Source: Polyangiaceae bacterium
GTDB taxonomy: Bacteria; Myxococcota_A; Polyangia; Polyangiales; Polyangiaceae
DNA length: 64,000 nt
Assembly: GCA_965222375.1 (NCBI GenBank)
Contig: CBDCTZ010000015.1
Coordinates: 960,001 to 1,024,000, forward strand
Direction of reading: 5' to 3'
Part shown: positions 28,117 through 38,841 of the stretch, piece after piece
Layout of the letters: each line of letters opens with the position of its first letter
Numbering within the stretch: the stretch's first letter is position 1
Translations under genes and position numbers: made by a program
Notes under the pieces: generated by a model
The model's input: only the letters and a program-made list of their open reading frames with translations
The model's database searches: none
What the model was told of the DNA's origin: nothing

Positions 28117-28776
28117 ATGTCACGCGCGTCCGAGGGCTCGTCAACAAAAGCGGTACCCAGAACCCCTTGGAGGCGCGCTTTTGAATTATCGGGCGTGGTC
28201 CCCCTGCTCGCGTTCGTGATTCTGCACGTCGTAGATGCCGTTCGCGGGCAGGTCCCCGAGCGCACGAGGTACAGCGTCATCTTCGAGGTTGGGCTGGTCT
28301 GGCTGCCGCTGGGTTTTCACACGGGGTACGCAGCTTGGGAGGCCTTGCGTCAGCAGCGAAACAGACCCGCGAAGTCGCGGGCCCAACTGTTTGGGGCCGC
28401 TGCGGCTTGGATCAGTCTGGCGTTCGTGGTGTTGCACACCTGGCAGATCCGGATTCCGGTACTGCGAGGCGTCATGTCTCGAGAGGCAGTGCAGCTCAAG
28501 CTCATGGAGAGCCTCTCATCCACGGTGAGTTTCGGCCTGCCCCTTTGGGCCCTCGCCTACACGCTCGGGGTTGCCGCCACGGCCGCCCACATCGCCAGCG
28601 GCACCCTGTCCTACCTGGCCGCCGAAGGCACCATGGAGCGGCCGAGGGTCGCTCGCGCGCTCAAGACTGGAATCTATGCCTTGAGTCTGGGCATATTCTT
28701 CGCCGGCTTTGATGCCATCGCGCTACTCGCGACGGGAACTCACTTCTGGCTCGCTGCGCCGGGAGGAACGCGCTAG
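28117..28776 (+). CDS. Succinate dehydrogenase cytochrome b558 (SdhC)-like membrane protein, orphan
   Basis: SGVVPLLAFVILH, PLGFH, FVVLH, AAHIASG: five TM helices with four His in the type-B SdhC pattern. Confidence 0.6.
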   Translation: MSRASEGSSTKAVPRTPWRRAFELSGVVPLLAFVILHVVDAVRGQVPERTRYSVIFEVGLVWLPLGFHTGYAAWEALRQQRNRPAKSRAQLFGAAAAWISLAFVVLHTWQIRIPVLRGVMSREAVQLKLMESLSSTVSFGLPLWALAYTLGVAATAAHIASGTLSYLAAEGTMERPRVARALKTGIYALSLGIFFAGFDAIALLATGTHFWLAAPGGTR

Positions 28777-28821
28777 AGGGCGCCCAGTTCGTCTCCCTTA
28801 TAGCTCGACATCGATTCGATC

Positions 28822-29256
28822 ATGCCTCGCTGCTACCTGCTCGCCTTGTGCTCGGGCTCGTCCCTGGACCAACAGTCCAACAACGTGACGCTGTTCAACC
28901 TGGTCGAGCAAATCAATGTGCCACCGGGCGCGCCGCCGCCGCCCGGTGGGGCTCTACCCTTGGAGGTGCACGCCTACCTGCTGCTCAGCGGGGACGAGGT
29001 CGGTAAGGAGTTCGAGGGACGGGTCGCCTTGGTGGGCGCCACCGGGCTCGAAACCTACACGGATGCCTTCAAGCACCGACCTTTAACCCCGCGATATCGC
29101 ATCAGGACTTACGGTTTGCCGGTGCCGCCGGTCGTGGGCAACTACGAAGTGCACATCGACCTGCGTGCTGAGGGAGAGGGCAACTGGGTTCGCTCCCCAG
29201 CCTCTTGGCCGCTGTTGGTGGTCGAGGCCAACGACAACGTGCCGGTGGTGCACTAG
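28822..29256 (+). CDS. Small hypothetical protein (DUF6941-like beta-sandwich)
   Basis: LALCSGSSLDQQSNNVTLFNLVEQI...GNYEVHI pattern. Confidence 0.55.
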   Translation: MPRCYLLALCSGSSLDQQSNNVTLFNLVEQINVPPGAPPPPGGALPLEVHAYLLLSGDEVGKEFEGRVALVGATGLETYTDAFKHRPLTPRYRIRTYGLPVPPVVGNYEVHIDLRAEGEGNWVRSPASWPLLVVEANDNVPVVH

Positions 29257-29303
29257 CAAAGTCCGGCCCGGCAGCGTTGCGTGTGGCGCTCAGTTTTGCC
29301 ACT

Positions 29304-29624
29304 ATGCGCCAGCCCAGGGGCGGGCCCACGCGAGATCCTCCAGTGACCATTGGCCAAGAGTCATCCATCAAGCGCTCGAAGCGCGCGCCGGCAAAGCTCG
29401 GGGCGGATGCCGAAGATGACCGCGACACCGTGTTGCCCAACTCGACGCCAGCTTGGTCTCATGAGGACGATATCGAAACCTGGCCCGAGTCCGAGCCACC
29501 TGAAGCAGAGACTCTCCGTCCGCCGGCAGGTGAGGAACTCCCCGAGGAGCTTCCGCCCGACAGTGACGACCTGCGCGACACCGTGCCGTCACCTCCACCG
29601 CCGCCGGGCAGCATCACTAGCTGA
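29304..29624 (+). CDS. Acidic/Pro-rich low-complexity hypothetical protein
   Basis: Repeated RDTV(L/P)/ETLRPP motifs; fills the gap between convergent genes. Confidence 0.45.
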   Translation: MRQPRGGPTRDPPVTIGQESSIKRSKRAPAKLGADAEDDRDTVLPNSTPAWSHEDDIETWPESEPPEAETLRPPAGEELPEELPPDSDDLRDTVPSPPPPPGSITS

Positions 29625-29651
29625 ACCGCTGTGGCCTACGCCACGACGAGT

Positions 29652-31217
29652 TCAATTGCAGTTCTTGGCGCCTGGCGTAGAGCATCGGTGCGAGCGGACT
29701 TTGTTGTAGACCGGGTACGGCGTTCCATTCGTTTGCACCCAAGCGAACTTGTCCCAGCTGCTATCGCGCAAGATGAACGGCGTAATGCCGAGAATGCTTG
29801 GGTGGGTCAGCCAAACGTTCTTGAGCGCTTCCACGCTGAAATCGGCCACCTGCTCACGTGACCAGTTGTAGCTCTCGTGCTGAACCGTCCAGCCCGTCTC
29901 GGTGACGACCACCTTCATGTTGGGCTTGCCGATGGCCGCAAGCTCCTTCTCGAAATACTTCAGGCCGGGGTTGGCCTCGGAGTACGGGCAGAAGAAGCCC
30001 CAGCCTTCGCCCTTGGATGGGTACGAGTGGGAGGCAAACGCGTCGATCTTGTCGAACACGTTTGGCACAGCGCCTTTCATGTAGCCCAAGAAGGTCGCCG
30101 CTAGCGTCCCTGGTGGTCCATTCTGGGTGGCGCAGTCGCAGCTGTTCACGCCACCGGGTGCCAGACCGCCGTTGAGTACCTTGATGCGGGAGTCCCCCAA
30201 CGAGTGAAGCGCGTCGGCCGCATCTCTGAGCAGCCCGGCGTACTCGCTGGCAACTTGCTGCGCAGTGAGCGAGCCACTGCTACACACCCACTCGTAGCAG
30301 AGATTCGGTTCGTTATGCACCTGGACGTAGAGCGGCCAGTCAGCGCGCTTGGGTAGGTCCGCTATCACCGCCTTGTACACCTGAGCCAAGCCCTTGTAGG
30401 ACGTGGGGCTCTCGCCCATCTTGCGCACGTTTCGGTCACCCCAAGGGGGAGCCATGCGAATGACCGGAATGAGATCCCGAGCATACGCGTCGGCAATGGA
30501 CTGCTTCCAACTCGGCTCCGCGCTGGTGCGTCCCGGCTTGATGTCGGCGAAGATCACCGTCACCCAGCCACCTGGACCGGCAAGTTTCGCCGTCAAATCG
30601 TGGTCCGCGGCGCTACCCTCGTTGACGTACCCCATCCCGTAGCGATTCGGCGGTGGCGGCCCCGTGGTTGCGCCGCCAGTTCCTGAACCACCCGAGCCAC
30701 TTCCTCCGCTGCTGGTGCCGCCAGTCCCGGAGCCATCCAGGGAGAACACCTGACATGTCGCCACGACGGTGCCGGGGTCGCCGCCGTTCTTGTCCTTGCG
30801 AAACGTGAAATCCAGAACCCCAGCGCCGTGCCCTTGCACGTCCCAGGTCCAGGTGTAGGGACCTTTGCCCGTCACGCCCACCCAGCTCGTCGAAGGCGAC
30901 CCGGGCCCAGTGACACTCATGTCGACGTAGGCGAAGCCCGTCGAGTTCGTGTAGCTGACCGAGAACTTCTGACCGACTTGGGTGGGGTCCTGGGAAAACG
31001 CGAAACCCGTGTCACAAGGCAGCGGCGCCAGCCCACCGGATCCGCCCACTCCAGCAGACGCCGCCCAGCCGCCGTCGTTGACGGTGGTGCCACCCGTTCC
31101 GCCGCCGCCTGAACCGCCGGTCGCAGGAATCGAGTTGTCGCCGGTTTCGCTGCAACCGAACGCGGCCGCAAAAAGTGATGCCGCGGTGAGGACGACTGCT
31201 GCTTTGGGGTTCGACAT
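29652..31217 (-). CDS. Lipoprotein with clan GH-A glycoside hydrolase domain
   Basis: Lipobox AAFGC; HNEPN acid/base and VVVTETGW nucleophile motifs; ASHSYP. Confidence 0.75.
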   Translation of the reverse strand: MSNPKAAVVLTAASLFAAAFGCSETGDNSIPATGGSGGGGTGGTTVNDGGWAASAGVGGSGGLAPLPCDTGFAFSQDPTQVGQKFSVSYTNSTGFAYVDMSVTGPGSPSTSWVGVTGKGPYTWTWDVQGHGAGVLDFTFRKDKNGGDPGTVVATCQVFSLDGSGTGGTSSGGSGSGGSGTGGATTGPPPPNRYGMGYVNEGSAADHDLTAKLAGPGGWVTVIFADIKPGRTSAEPSWKQSIADAYARDLIPVIRMAPPWGDRNVRKMGESPTSYKGLAQVYKAVIADLPKRADWPLYVQVHNEPNLCYEWVCSSGSLTAQQVASEYAGLLRDAADALHSLGDSRIKVLNGGLAPGGVNSCDCATQNGPPGTLAATFLGYMKGAVPNVFDKIDAFASHSYPSKGEGWGFFCPYSEANPGLKYFEKELAAIGKPNMKVVVTETGWTVQHESYNWSREQVADFSVEALKNVWLTHPSILGITPFILRDSSWDKFAWVQTNGTPYPVYNKVRSHRCSTPGAKNCN

Positions 31218-31292
31218 TTGGCAGTCTCCATTCTACCCCAGCACGCGGCTGGTCCCAGCGGCGTCGCGGGGCTGGGCCTCGGCGCGGTATTT

Positions 31293-32393
31293 ATGGCCAC
31301 CCCCTCGAAACCTCACGAACGCGGCGAGCCTGGGCTTGACGTTCTGCGCGCCGTGGCAGTCGTCATGATGTTCGCGGTTCATGTGCGACGAGTCCAAACC
31401 CCGCAGAGCCGAACGGGTGCAGGCCTTGCGGAAGCGTCCCTCGACTTCTTCATGCACATCGAGCCGTTCATTACATCGCTGTTTCTTTTCGTCGCGGGCT
31501 ATTCGGTGGTGCTCGCTTTCCAAGCGGGGAGGACTCGCAGAGTGTGGTGGGCAAAGGCGGGGCGACGCGTCTTGCAGTTGTATTTGCTCAGCGTTGGGCT
31601 CTTCGTCCTGCAGTATGGCGTGGACCTTCCAGACTTGCTGCTTTCGAGCGGCATACTGCAGGTCATTGCGCTGAGTGTGCTCTGTGTCGGCGCGTGTCTG
31701 AGCACTCGCAGGCCCGAGCTGGCGCTGCTCCTAGCGAGCATCCTTGGCTTCGCCGTGACTGCGGCGCTGGAAGCTTGGGACTCGAGTGTGTCGGGATTGA
31801 ACGCCGGGCCCGGCGGAAATACGCCCCTGCTGGCCCATGCTTGCTTCGGCGCACTGACCGCCCTTGCCGTCGCTCGTGACCGACGCGGAGCGCTCGCGCG
31901 CCTGCTGCTGATCACAGCAATCCTGTCCGGCACCGCGCTATTGGTTCAAGGAGGCTGGACCACGACGCATATCTCCCAGTACCGAGATCTGGACGGGCAG
32001 TCATTCATCACTGCCGCCGTCTCGGGCGGCCTGCAGGATGCGCCGATGGCGTCGGTGTCGTTTTGGAACCACAGCACTCGGGGTGCGGCGGCGCTGCTGG
32101 TCACCCTTGTTGGCATGCTGACTCTATTCCTGCTGCCACAGTCGCGCTTGTTCCGGGCGTCAGCTTGCATGCCCTTGCGGCTGGTGGGACGGCATGCGCT
32201 CTTCGTCTACGTATTCCACCTGTGCGCTCTGGGCGTGGTCGACGCCAGTGGCCTCAATCCGCCTAGCGCGGCCATCAGCTGGGGCCTGGTGGCCGCGCTA
32301 TTCGGGACGGGAGTGGTGCTGTCGATCGCTCTGGAGCGTCTGCCGGCCATCGGGGCACGAGCGCAAGAACGCAACTCGGCCCCGAATCCATGA
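31293..32393 (+). CDS. Membrane acyltransferase (HGSNAT/DUF1624-like)
   Basis: GLDVLRAVAVVMMFAVH, FLFVAGYS, GILQVIA, VGRHALFVYVFH. Confidence 0.75.
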   Translation: MATPSKPHERGEPGLDVLRAVAVVMMFAVHVRRVQTPQSRTGAGLAEASLDFFMHIEPFITSLFLFVAGYSVVLAFQAGRTRRVWWAKAGRRVLQLYLLSVGLFVLQYGVDLPDLLLSSGILQVIALSVLCVGACLSTRRPELALLLASILGFAVTAALEAWDSSVSGLNAGPGGNTPLLAHACFGALTALAVARDRRGALARLLLITAILSGTALLVQGGWTTTHISQYRDLDGQSFITAAVSGGLQDAPMASVSFWNHSTRGAAALLVTLVGMLTLFLLPQSRLFRASACMPLRLVGRHALFVYVFHLCALGVVDASGLNPPSAAISWGLVAALFGTGVVLSIALERLPAIGARAQERNSAPNP

Positions 32394-32440
32394 CCGAGGA
32401 GCGGGACGCCTGCCCGTCAGGGCCGGCGTCCCCAGCCGCG

Positions 32441-34150
32441 TCACCTTTGCCGGCGTTGATACTCCTTGTCCAAGATCTTGCCGGCAACGTCGCGCCCGCC
32501 GAGGCCGAACGCCAGGGCAGCCGCTAGGCACACCGCGCCCAAGATCAGCGCAAAGGCGATGGCAATCAGCTGACGCCCCACGCCGAGTTGTTGCATGGCC
32601 ATCATGCCGGCGAACGCGACAATGGCTACGTGGGCGATCGTTCCGAGGGACTTCGCAATTCGGTCCTGACTGTTGCGAGTCATCTCGTCCACTCGCGCAT
32701 GAGACCAGCGACCGGCCCAGAGGCCCGCCCCAAGCACTACGACAGCAACGAGAGCGTTGGGCAGATAGGCAATCAGCGAGTCGAGCAACTGCGCCAAACC
32801 GGTCAGCCCTGTTGTTGCGAGCACCTGCCGCAAGAAGAGCAGCACGATGAATGTCGCCACGACGACTCCGGCGATGTCCGCGGGCGTGTGGATGCCAACG
32901 GAACCGCTGCTGCCCAAGAGCTCGTCGGGTTCGAGGCTGCCGGGCGGGGTCTCGCCCTCTGCGGGCTCTTCGGAGTCGGACTTCGTCTGCCGACGCTGCT
33001 CGAGCAGAGTCTTTGACTGCTGCTCCTGCTGCTTCGCCTCTGCGCTCACGTCCTTGTAGAGGCCAACGTGAACCATCAAGGTGTTGAACCCCATGGCCGC
33101 GAGCAGCCGCGACGCCACGTTTGCTGCCACACGGGCAACCACGACACCGATGGCCATGAGCACCCCGCCCACGAAGAGCTTCGGCAGGTAGACGTAGACC
33201 TGATCGAGCATGAGCCTCAGGGGCGTACTGATCTCTTGGATATCCAAACGCCCGACGGCACTCACGGTGAAGTGGAGCAGGACAAACACCATGGCGACAG
33301 TGCCCAAAATGCCGCTCAGGCTGTGCTCACGGGTCACCTTACCGAAACCAAGGCGCGCAACCGCGCGGTCGACGCCAACACGTGAAAGCACCCCAGACAC
33401 CACCGCTCGCACGACCTTGGCGAGTAGGTAACCGAGGATCAACAGCACCGCGGCGGCGGCGATTTTGGGCAGGTAGGTGGCAACCGAAGAAAATGCCTTG
33501 GACAGCGGGCCTGCCAACACGCCAATCCGCAACGCTTCCAGCACCGGAATCGCTGTTACGACGATGATGAACCAATAGGCCACCTCACCCAGGGTGTGGG
33601 TGATCGGCTCTGCCGCTGCTTTGGACTTCTTCTTCTTCTTGTCGCGAGGTTCTACGGGTGGTGCCTCCTCACCACCGAGGCGCTGCATTCGCTGCTCGAA
33701 CTTGACCTTGGTCAAGAGCGTCACGATCAGCTTGCGGACACCAGTTGCCACGAGGAAGCCGATGAACCCGATCAGCACCGCCTTGGCCAGGTTCGGCACC
33801 GCACCGGCGAAACCATCCAACACCGTGACCAGTGGCGCAGTGACGGCGTTGATCCCCAGGTAGGAGAAAAACGCCACGACCACGAAGGCCAGCAAGACGT
33901 AGTACACGGTCTTCGAGATGATGGTCTCTATACGCGTTCCTGCGTCGCCACCGGTGTCGACTCCGACCGCATCAGCAATCTTGTCGTCCAGGGTCGTGCG
34001 CTTGAGCGCCGCAAACACGGAGCGGGAAATGACGACAGCGGCAAGCCAGCCGCCGATCAGTACGAGCAATGCGATCCCAAGCTTGGGAAGCCTGGGTGCA
34101 ACGCTCTGCCAAAGTTCTTGAAGCCACGGGGCTTTGGCCCATTCAGGCAT
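32441..34150 (-). CDS. TM-helix repeat protein (CmpX / mechanosensitive-channel-associated)
   Basis: Five LP(K/N)xxxA-type TM repeats; AAALAFGLGGRDVAGKIL C-terminus. Confidence 0.8.
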   Translation of the reverse strand: MPEWAKAPWLQELWQSVAPRLPKLGIALLVLIGGWLAAVVISRSVFAALKRTTLDDKIADAVGVDTGGDAGTRIETIISKTVYYVLLAFVVVAFFSYLGINAVTAPLVTVLDGFAGAVPNLAKAVLIGFIGFLVATGVRKLIVTLLTKVKFEQRMQRLGGEEAPPVEPRDKKKKKSKAAAEPITHTLGEVAYWFIIVVTAIPVLEALRIGVLAGPLSKAFSSVATYLPKIAAAAVLLILGYLLAKVVRAVVSGVLSRVGVDRAVARLGFGKVTREHSLSGILGTVAMVFVLLHFTVSAVGRLDIQEISTPLRLMLDQVYVYLPKLFVGGVLMAIGVVVARVAANVASRLLAAMGFNTLMVHVGLYKDVSAEAKQQEQQSKTLLEQRRQTKSDSEEPAEGETPPGSLEPDELLGSSGSVGIHTPADIAGVVVATFIVLLFLRQVLATTGLTGLAQLLDSLIAYLPNALVAVVVLGAGLWAGRWSHARVDEMTRNSQDRIAKSLGTIAHVAIVAFAGMMAMQQLGVGRQLIAIAFALILGAVCLAAALAFGLGGRDVAGKILDKEYQRRQR

Positions 34151-34309
34151 GATTCATCCTCCAGTTGTCGTGGGCGGACGGGCAAGGTCGTCTCAAGTGC
34201 AAACCGCATGAGGTGCGCGCTCTTCATCGATGGCGGCCCCTACCCAGCCGGCGCCGGGAGAGTCGCGAAAAACCCCGCGCAATTCAAGGGCGCTAGAACT
34301 GCGGAATGC

Positions 34310-35143
34310 TCAGAAAAGTGCTAGGGTCGCTCGATAGACGCCGAGGATGTTTAGCGGCACGCGATAACCGTGCAGCCCGAAAAGCTCGTCCCCGGGGCTC
34401 GCCACGACTTGGAGCAGGGCCAGGTCCGTGTTGCCACCCCGGGCAGTGATCAGGCCCGGGCGAGTCCCAATCACGCCACCGATCTGCACTTCCCCCTTGC
34501 GCGACTGCCCGCCGGCATCGTCGGTGCGCTCGAAGTTGATGTAGCGGAAGTAGGGACCAACGGCGCCGAAGTCTCGATGTCGATAGAACAGTGTAGCTTC
34601 GTACTTACCGACCAAACCGCTGTCGTGCACGGTCCCGTGGAACCAGTCGAAGGAGTTGTCTTCACGGTCTTCAACTCTAAGTGTCCCCGTGTTGATCATG
34701 AAGAAGGAGTCGAGGGGGATCACGATCCGCGCGCGCCCCTCGTAGTGCCCGAAGCCTTGTGAATTGAAGTTGTCGTCAGACTCGCGATCATTTCGCGCAT
34801 CCAGAGAGCGATCCTCCCCCGGCCCGAAGGTGAGATTCCGGTGCACGTTGCGGTAGCCGACGCTGGCCCCGAGGGTCAACAGAAAAACCCGGATGTCTAC
34901 GTTAGCGCTTCCGTCAACGTAGGGGTAGCTCGCTATTCCCGACAGGCGGGTGTGAAGCATGCTCATGCCCTGCTCCAAATCCGCGCGGTTCTCCAACGAA
35001 GCCTGGACGCCAACCGTATACGCGTCCAGATGCGCGAAGGTGCCGGCGCGGGGAGCGTTCAAGAAGTAGTCGCGTGGCTGCTCTGCGGCTGCGGCACCAC
35101 CCAAGAGCAAGATCGCCGCGCATATCCCCTTCGCGCTCTGCAT
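34310..35143 (-). CDS. Hypothetical exported / outer-membrane beta-barrel protein
   Basis: Signal peptide MQSAK...GAAAA; amphipathic beta pattern; C-terminal Phe. Confidence 0.6.
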   Translation of the reverse strand: MQSAKGICAAILLLGGAAAAEQPRDYFLNAPRAGTFAHLDAYTVGVQASLENRADLEQGMSMLHTRLSGIASYPYVDGSANVDIRVFLLTLGASVGYRNVHRNLTFGPGEDRSLDARNDRESDDNFNSQGFGHYEGRARIVIPLDSFFMINTGTLRVEDREDNSFDWFHGTVHDSGLVGKYEATLFYRHRDFGAVGPYFRYINFERTDDAGGQSRKGEVQIGGVIGTRPGLITARGGNTDLALLQVVASPGDELFGLHGYRVPLNILGVYRATLALF

Positions 35144-35220
35144 AGAACCGAGGGTAGTGCGCCCCGGTGACGATAGGCGAGGGAAATGAACGGACCATTG
35201 CGCCTTTTTGGGCTGCGGTC

Positions 35221-35940
35221 TCAGCGGTCGTCGGTTTCCGCGTGCAACACGCGGTCGCCGAAGCGCAGCTCCCAAGCGACGACTCGCGCCACGAGCACCG
35301 GGTAGCGGCGGGTACGAGCACCACGGGGCTTCCACAACGCACGGAACCTCAGGGCTTCTGGCTTGGCGCGGATCTCGTCGAGAAGCTTCGCATCGGTCGG
35401 CGCATCGAATAGCCAGGTGTGTTTCTTGCGCAGCTGCGGGCTGCCGGTACCAGCGTTCACGCGAGGCTTGTGACGCACCAGAAAGAGCTGCTGTCCGATA
35501 TCCAAGGGCCAGACCCAGCGGAACGCTGCGGGGCTGCCTGCGCCGTCATCGAGGTAGACGCCGTCACGGCGCGTACCCAGCTTCACCGGGAGCTCCATCA
35601 GGAATGTGCGTTTGCGCAGCGCAGCGCGTTGGGTCTCCGCACTTTGCGCAGGAGGCGGCGCCGCCCGAAAGTGATCCCGGAACTTCTGGGGTGAGAGGCG
35701 AGTGTAGAAAGCACGCATCTGCCGTCGCTCGAGTTGCGTTGGCGCTTTGGCGGTGTTCCAAGGCAGCAAGGCGGTCGATTTGGGCTTCGCCTTAGGCTCG
35801 GCGCCCACCGGAGTCGGAGGTGCAATCGGGCTGGGTGGGACGGACTTGGGTTGCTCGAGGGGAGCCCGCTCTTCCACGATGGCCGTGGGGCGATCGCAGG
35901 CGGCACACAGAAGCAGCGAAGTCAGCAGCAGCCGAAACAC
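35221..35940 (-). CDS. Hypothetical lipoprotein
   Basis: LLCAAC lipobox followed by a Pro-rich linker. Confidence 0.55.
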   Translation of the reverse strand: MFRLLLTSLLLCAACDRPTAIVEERAPLEQPKSVPPSPIAPPTPVGAEPKAKPKSTALLPWNTAKAPTQLERRQMRAFYTRLSPQKFRDHFRAAPPPAQSAETQRAALRKRTFLMELPVKLGTRRDGVYLDDGAGSPAAFRWVWPLDIGQQLFLVRHKPRVNAGTGSPQLRKKHTWLFDAPTDAKLLDEIRAKPEALRFRALWKPRGARTRRYPVLVARVVAWELRFGDRVLHAETDDR

Positions 35941-36284
35941 GCGGAGAGCCTAGCGCAACCTGCCAAAGGACGGTGAGGGCCGCCTCACCGGTCGCAATTG
36001 CAATCGAATCCTTCCCCCTTGACGCCCCCCTGGCCAGGTACGCACACGTTGTTCTTGGGGTCAAACCGCAGCCGCACCCCGCAACTGACTCCAAAAAGCC
36101 GTCACTCTGACCCCTCGGCATGCGCAGCGTGCGCTGTTCCCCAACTGCTCGCAATCAATCAAAAGACCGCCACAAGCCAGGGTCAGCGCACACCCGTGCA
36201 GTGGGAGTCTTCTGGCACTGCTGACGCGGCGCGTCGCAAAGCGATACCGGGGTATTTCCCCGCATGCTACGCTGGATTTGATTT

Positions 36285-37799
36285 ATGGCGGACACCCTCC
36301 AGGGCTCTCGGGATTCAGTCCCGCCGTCACGACCGTCGCTTACCTATACCTTGGAAGTCGGCGCTGTCGTTGCCGACAAGTACAAGCTGATCGAAGCGCT
36401 AGGCCAGGGTGGCATGGCGGCCGTGTGGCGAGCGCACAACGAGCTGCTCGATGTGGACGTCGCAATCAAGTTCATTCGCGCCGACTTGGCGCACCCCGGG
36501 TTGACAAGTCGCCTGTTGCAGGAGGCCCGCGCGACTGCGCGAATCGAGCACCCGGCCATCGTTCGAGTCTCGGATTTCGGCAAGACCCGAGTCGGCGATC
36601 CCTACATCGTGATGGAGCTTCTGCGCGGGAAGGATCTCGGCGAGGTTCTGCGCGCTAACGGCCCGGGGCCCGCGATCCAGACAGTGCAGACCCTGCTACC
36701 AATCGCCAACGGCCTGGTGGTCGCGCACAGCAAAGGCATCGTGCATCGGGATCTGAAGCCCGACAATGTGTTCCTGGCAGAGAAGGATGGCGGCAAGGTC
36801 CAACCCAAGCTCGTCGATTTCGGAATCGCCAAGCTGGAAAAGCCCGATGAGGCGCGCTTGACCCAAGTTGGCGCCGCCATGGGCAGCCCCGCGTACATGT
36901 CGCCAGAGCAGGCTCGCGGCAAGGATGTCGACGCTCGAGCAGACATTTGGTCGTACTCGGTGATGTTGTACGAGGCCTTGTGCGGGAAGCTGCCGTTCGA
37001 TGGCGGCACGCAAGCTGCACTGGTCTGCGCGATTCTCGAGACCGACCCGGTCCCGCTCACGGAAATGAACATTGGCGACGCCGCTCTTTGGGCAGTCGTC
37101 GAGCGGGGGCTACGCAAGGATCCCGAACTACGCTGGCAAACCATGCAGGAAATGGGCGGCGCGCTAGCGCGCTGGCTGATGGCAAAAGACGCCAAAGCTG
37201 ACATCGCTGGCAACCCCCTGGTTTCAACCTGGAGCGAGTTTGCGGAGCCTGCCCAGAGCATCCGGGTGGGCGCGAAGGAGTTCTCGGACGCAGACGCGGA
37301 GGGACGAACCGCGGTTGCGACTCAGCTTTCGTTCCAAAACAAGGCCGCTCGCGGACGGGCGTCGGAGCGCGCCAGGAAGAGCAATCGATCGTTGCTCCTC
37401 GCCGGGCTGGGTTTCGCAGCGGTCGTCTTGGTGACCGTGCCCGTTCTGTATGTCGCGCTCAGTCGCCGAGCGGCCTCCGATGTCGAGCCCGACGTCGTGT
37501 CAGTCGCGGCGAGCACGCCTGCGACGGCAACCGCCACGGCACCCCGGGAGCAGCCCCCAGCCGTGGCCACCGCGAAGCCTGCCGCGAGCCTGCCCACTCC
37601 GCCTGCGTCGGCAAGCGCGGAGCCCGAAGAGCCAAGACTGCCGAAAGCCGTCGCGGCGAAGCGGCCACCACGGGTCTCCAAGAAGAAACCCAGACCTCGT
37701 CCCACAGCCAAACCGAAGCCCGCGGCGAAACCCGAACCCAACGCGCCGCCCCCGCCCAAACCGCAGCCCGGGGAGCTCGATCTCAAGACGACGCTATGA
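36285..37799 (+). CDS. Membrane Ser/Thr protein kinase
   Basis: LGQGGMAAV, VAIK, HRDLKPDN, DFG, YMSPEQ; TM helix and Pro-rich tail. Confidence 0.95.
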   Translation: MADTLQGSRDSVPPSRPSLTYTLEVGAVVADKYKLIEALGQGGMAAVWRAHNELLDVDVAIKFIRADLAHPGLTSRLLQEARATARIEHPAIVRVSDFGKTRVGDPYIVMELLRGKDLGEVLRANGPGPAIQTVQTLLPIANGLVVAHSKGIVHRDLKPDNVFLAEKDGGKVQPKLVDFGIAKLEKPDEARLTQVGAAMGSPAYMSPEQARGKDVDARADIWSYSVMLYEALCGKLPFDGGTQAALVCAILETDPVPLTEMNIGDAALWAVVERGLRKDPELRWQTMQEMGGALARWLMAKDAKADIAGNPLVSTWSEFAEPAQSIRVGAKEFSDADAEGRTAVATQLSFQNKAARGRASERARKSNRSLLLAGLGFAAVVLVTVPVLYVALSRRAASDVEPDVVSVAASTPATATATAPREQPPAVATAKPAASLPTPPASASAEPEEPRLPKAVAAKRPPRVSKKKPRPRPTAKPKPAAKPEPNAPPPPKPQPGELDLKTTL

Positions 37800-38841
37800 A
37801 CTATCTTCGCGCAGTTCGGGTGGGGACCGCAGTAGCGCTGGGAGTGACAGTTCTATCACTTTCCCCACCAAGTGGGGCGCAGGAGTCGGGACAGACAGCG
37901 GCTGCCGTCAGCGAAGCGAAGTCCCGCGCCCAAGTCACTTCAAGCGCGGAATCGAAGCCTACAAGTCGGGTCGCTACAAGGACGCCATCGACTCGTTCTT
38001 GGACGCCCACCGGGAATTCCCGAGCCCCACCCTGAGCTTCAACGCCGCGCTGGCCTACGAGAAGCTCAAGGACAGCGCGGGGTCGCTGCGCTTCTACCGT
38101 GAATACCTACGGCAGAAGCCCGACGCCCAAGACAAGGCCACGGTGCAAGCCCGGATCGTAGAGCACGAGAAACGTTTGAAGGCCCGCGGCGTGCAGCAGG
38201 TGTCCATCCTGAGTATTCCAGAGGCCGCCACGGTGATCATCGACGACCAACCCGTGGGAGTGACCCCCTGGACCGGTGAGATCTTTCCGGGGCGCCACGC
38301 GCTGCGCCTACGCCGCGAGGGCTACGCTGACGTCACACAGGAATTCGAATTGCCTGAGCACAAGGCGATCGATATCAGCGTAACCCTGGAGCTAGCCCGG
38401 GATGCAACTCCTGCGGGCGCCTCAGATGCCGCACCAGCATCCTCCGGCGCGAGCAGCAGCTCCGCATCTGCAGATGCCGGCGTCGACCAAAAGGGTCTGG
38501 CCAAGGTCACCCTCCCCACTTGGGTGACGCTAGGAGCCGGGGCCGCGGTCTTGGGCACCGCTGGAGCCTTCGAACTGATGCGCAAGTCCGCGCAGGACGA
38601 CGTCGAGAACGAGCGCACTCAAGTCGCCCGCCACGACGCCTTTGACCGAATGGAGTCACGCCAAACCGTCGCCCGAGTTTTGGCTGGCGTCGGGGGCGCA
38701 GCGGTGCTGGTCGGCGGCGTGTTGCTCTACTTCGATTTGACTCGAAAGTCCGACAAGTCCGCTGGCGCGATATCCGGCACGTGGGGCCAAGCGGGTTGCA
38801 CGAACCTTGGCTGTAGCGCGGAATTGGGAGGCCGCTTCTGA
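37796..38841 (+). CDS. TPR + PEGA domain protein with -1 frameshift near 37933 (pseudogene or sequencing error)
   Basis: Signal peptide frame from ATG 37796 (ATGA overlap) joins the SHFKRGIEAY TPR and SIPEAATVIIDD...GVTP...LRREGY PEGA frame if one A is added at CAAGT. Confidence 0.75.

Noticed and set aside
36213..36228. TGGCACTGCTGACGCG as a sigma54 promoter for the kinase
   Set aside because: Spacing is right but the -12 element lacks TT; too weak to call
37450..37930. N-terminal part of the 463 aa ORF 37450-38841
   Set aside because: Overlaps the kinase out of frame; the real 5' end is ATG 37796 joined by a frameshift
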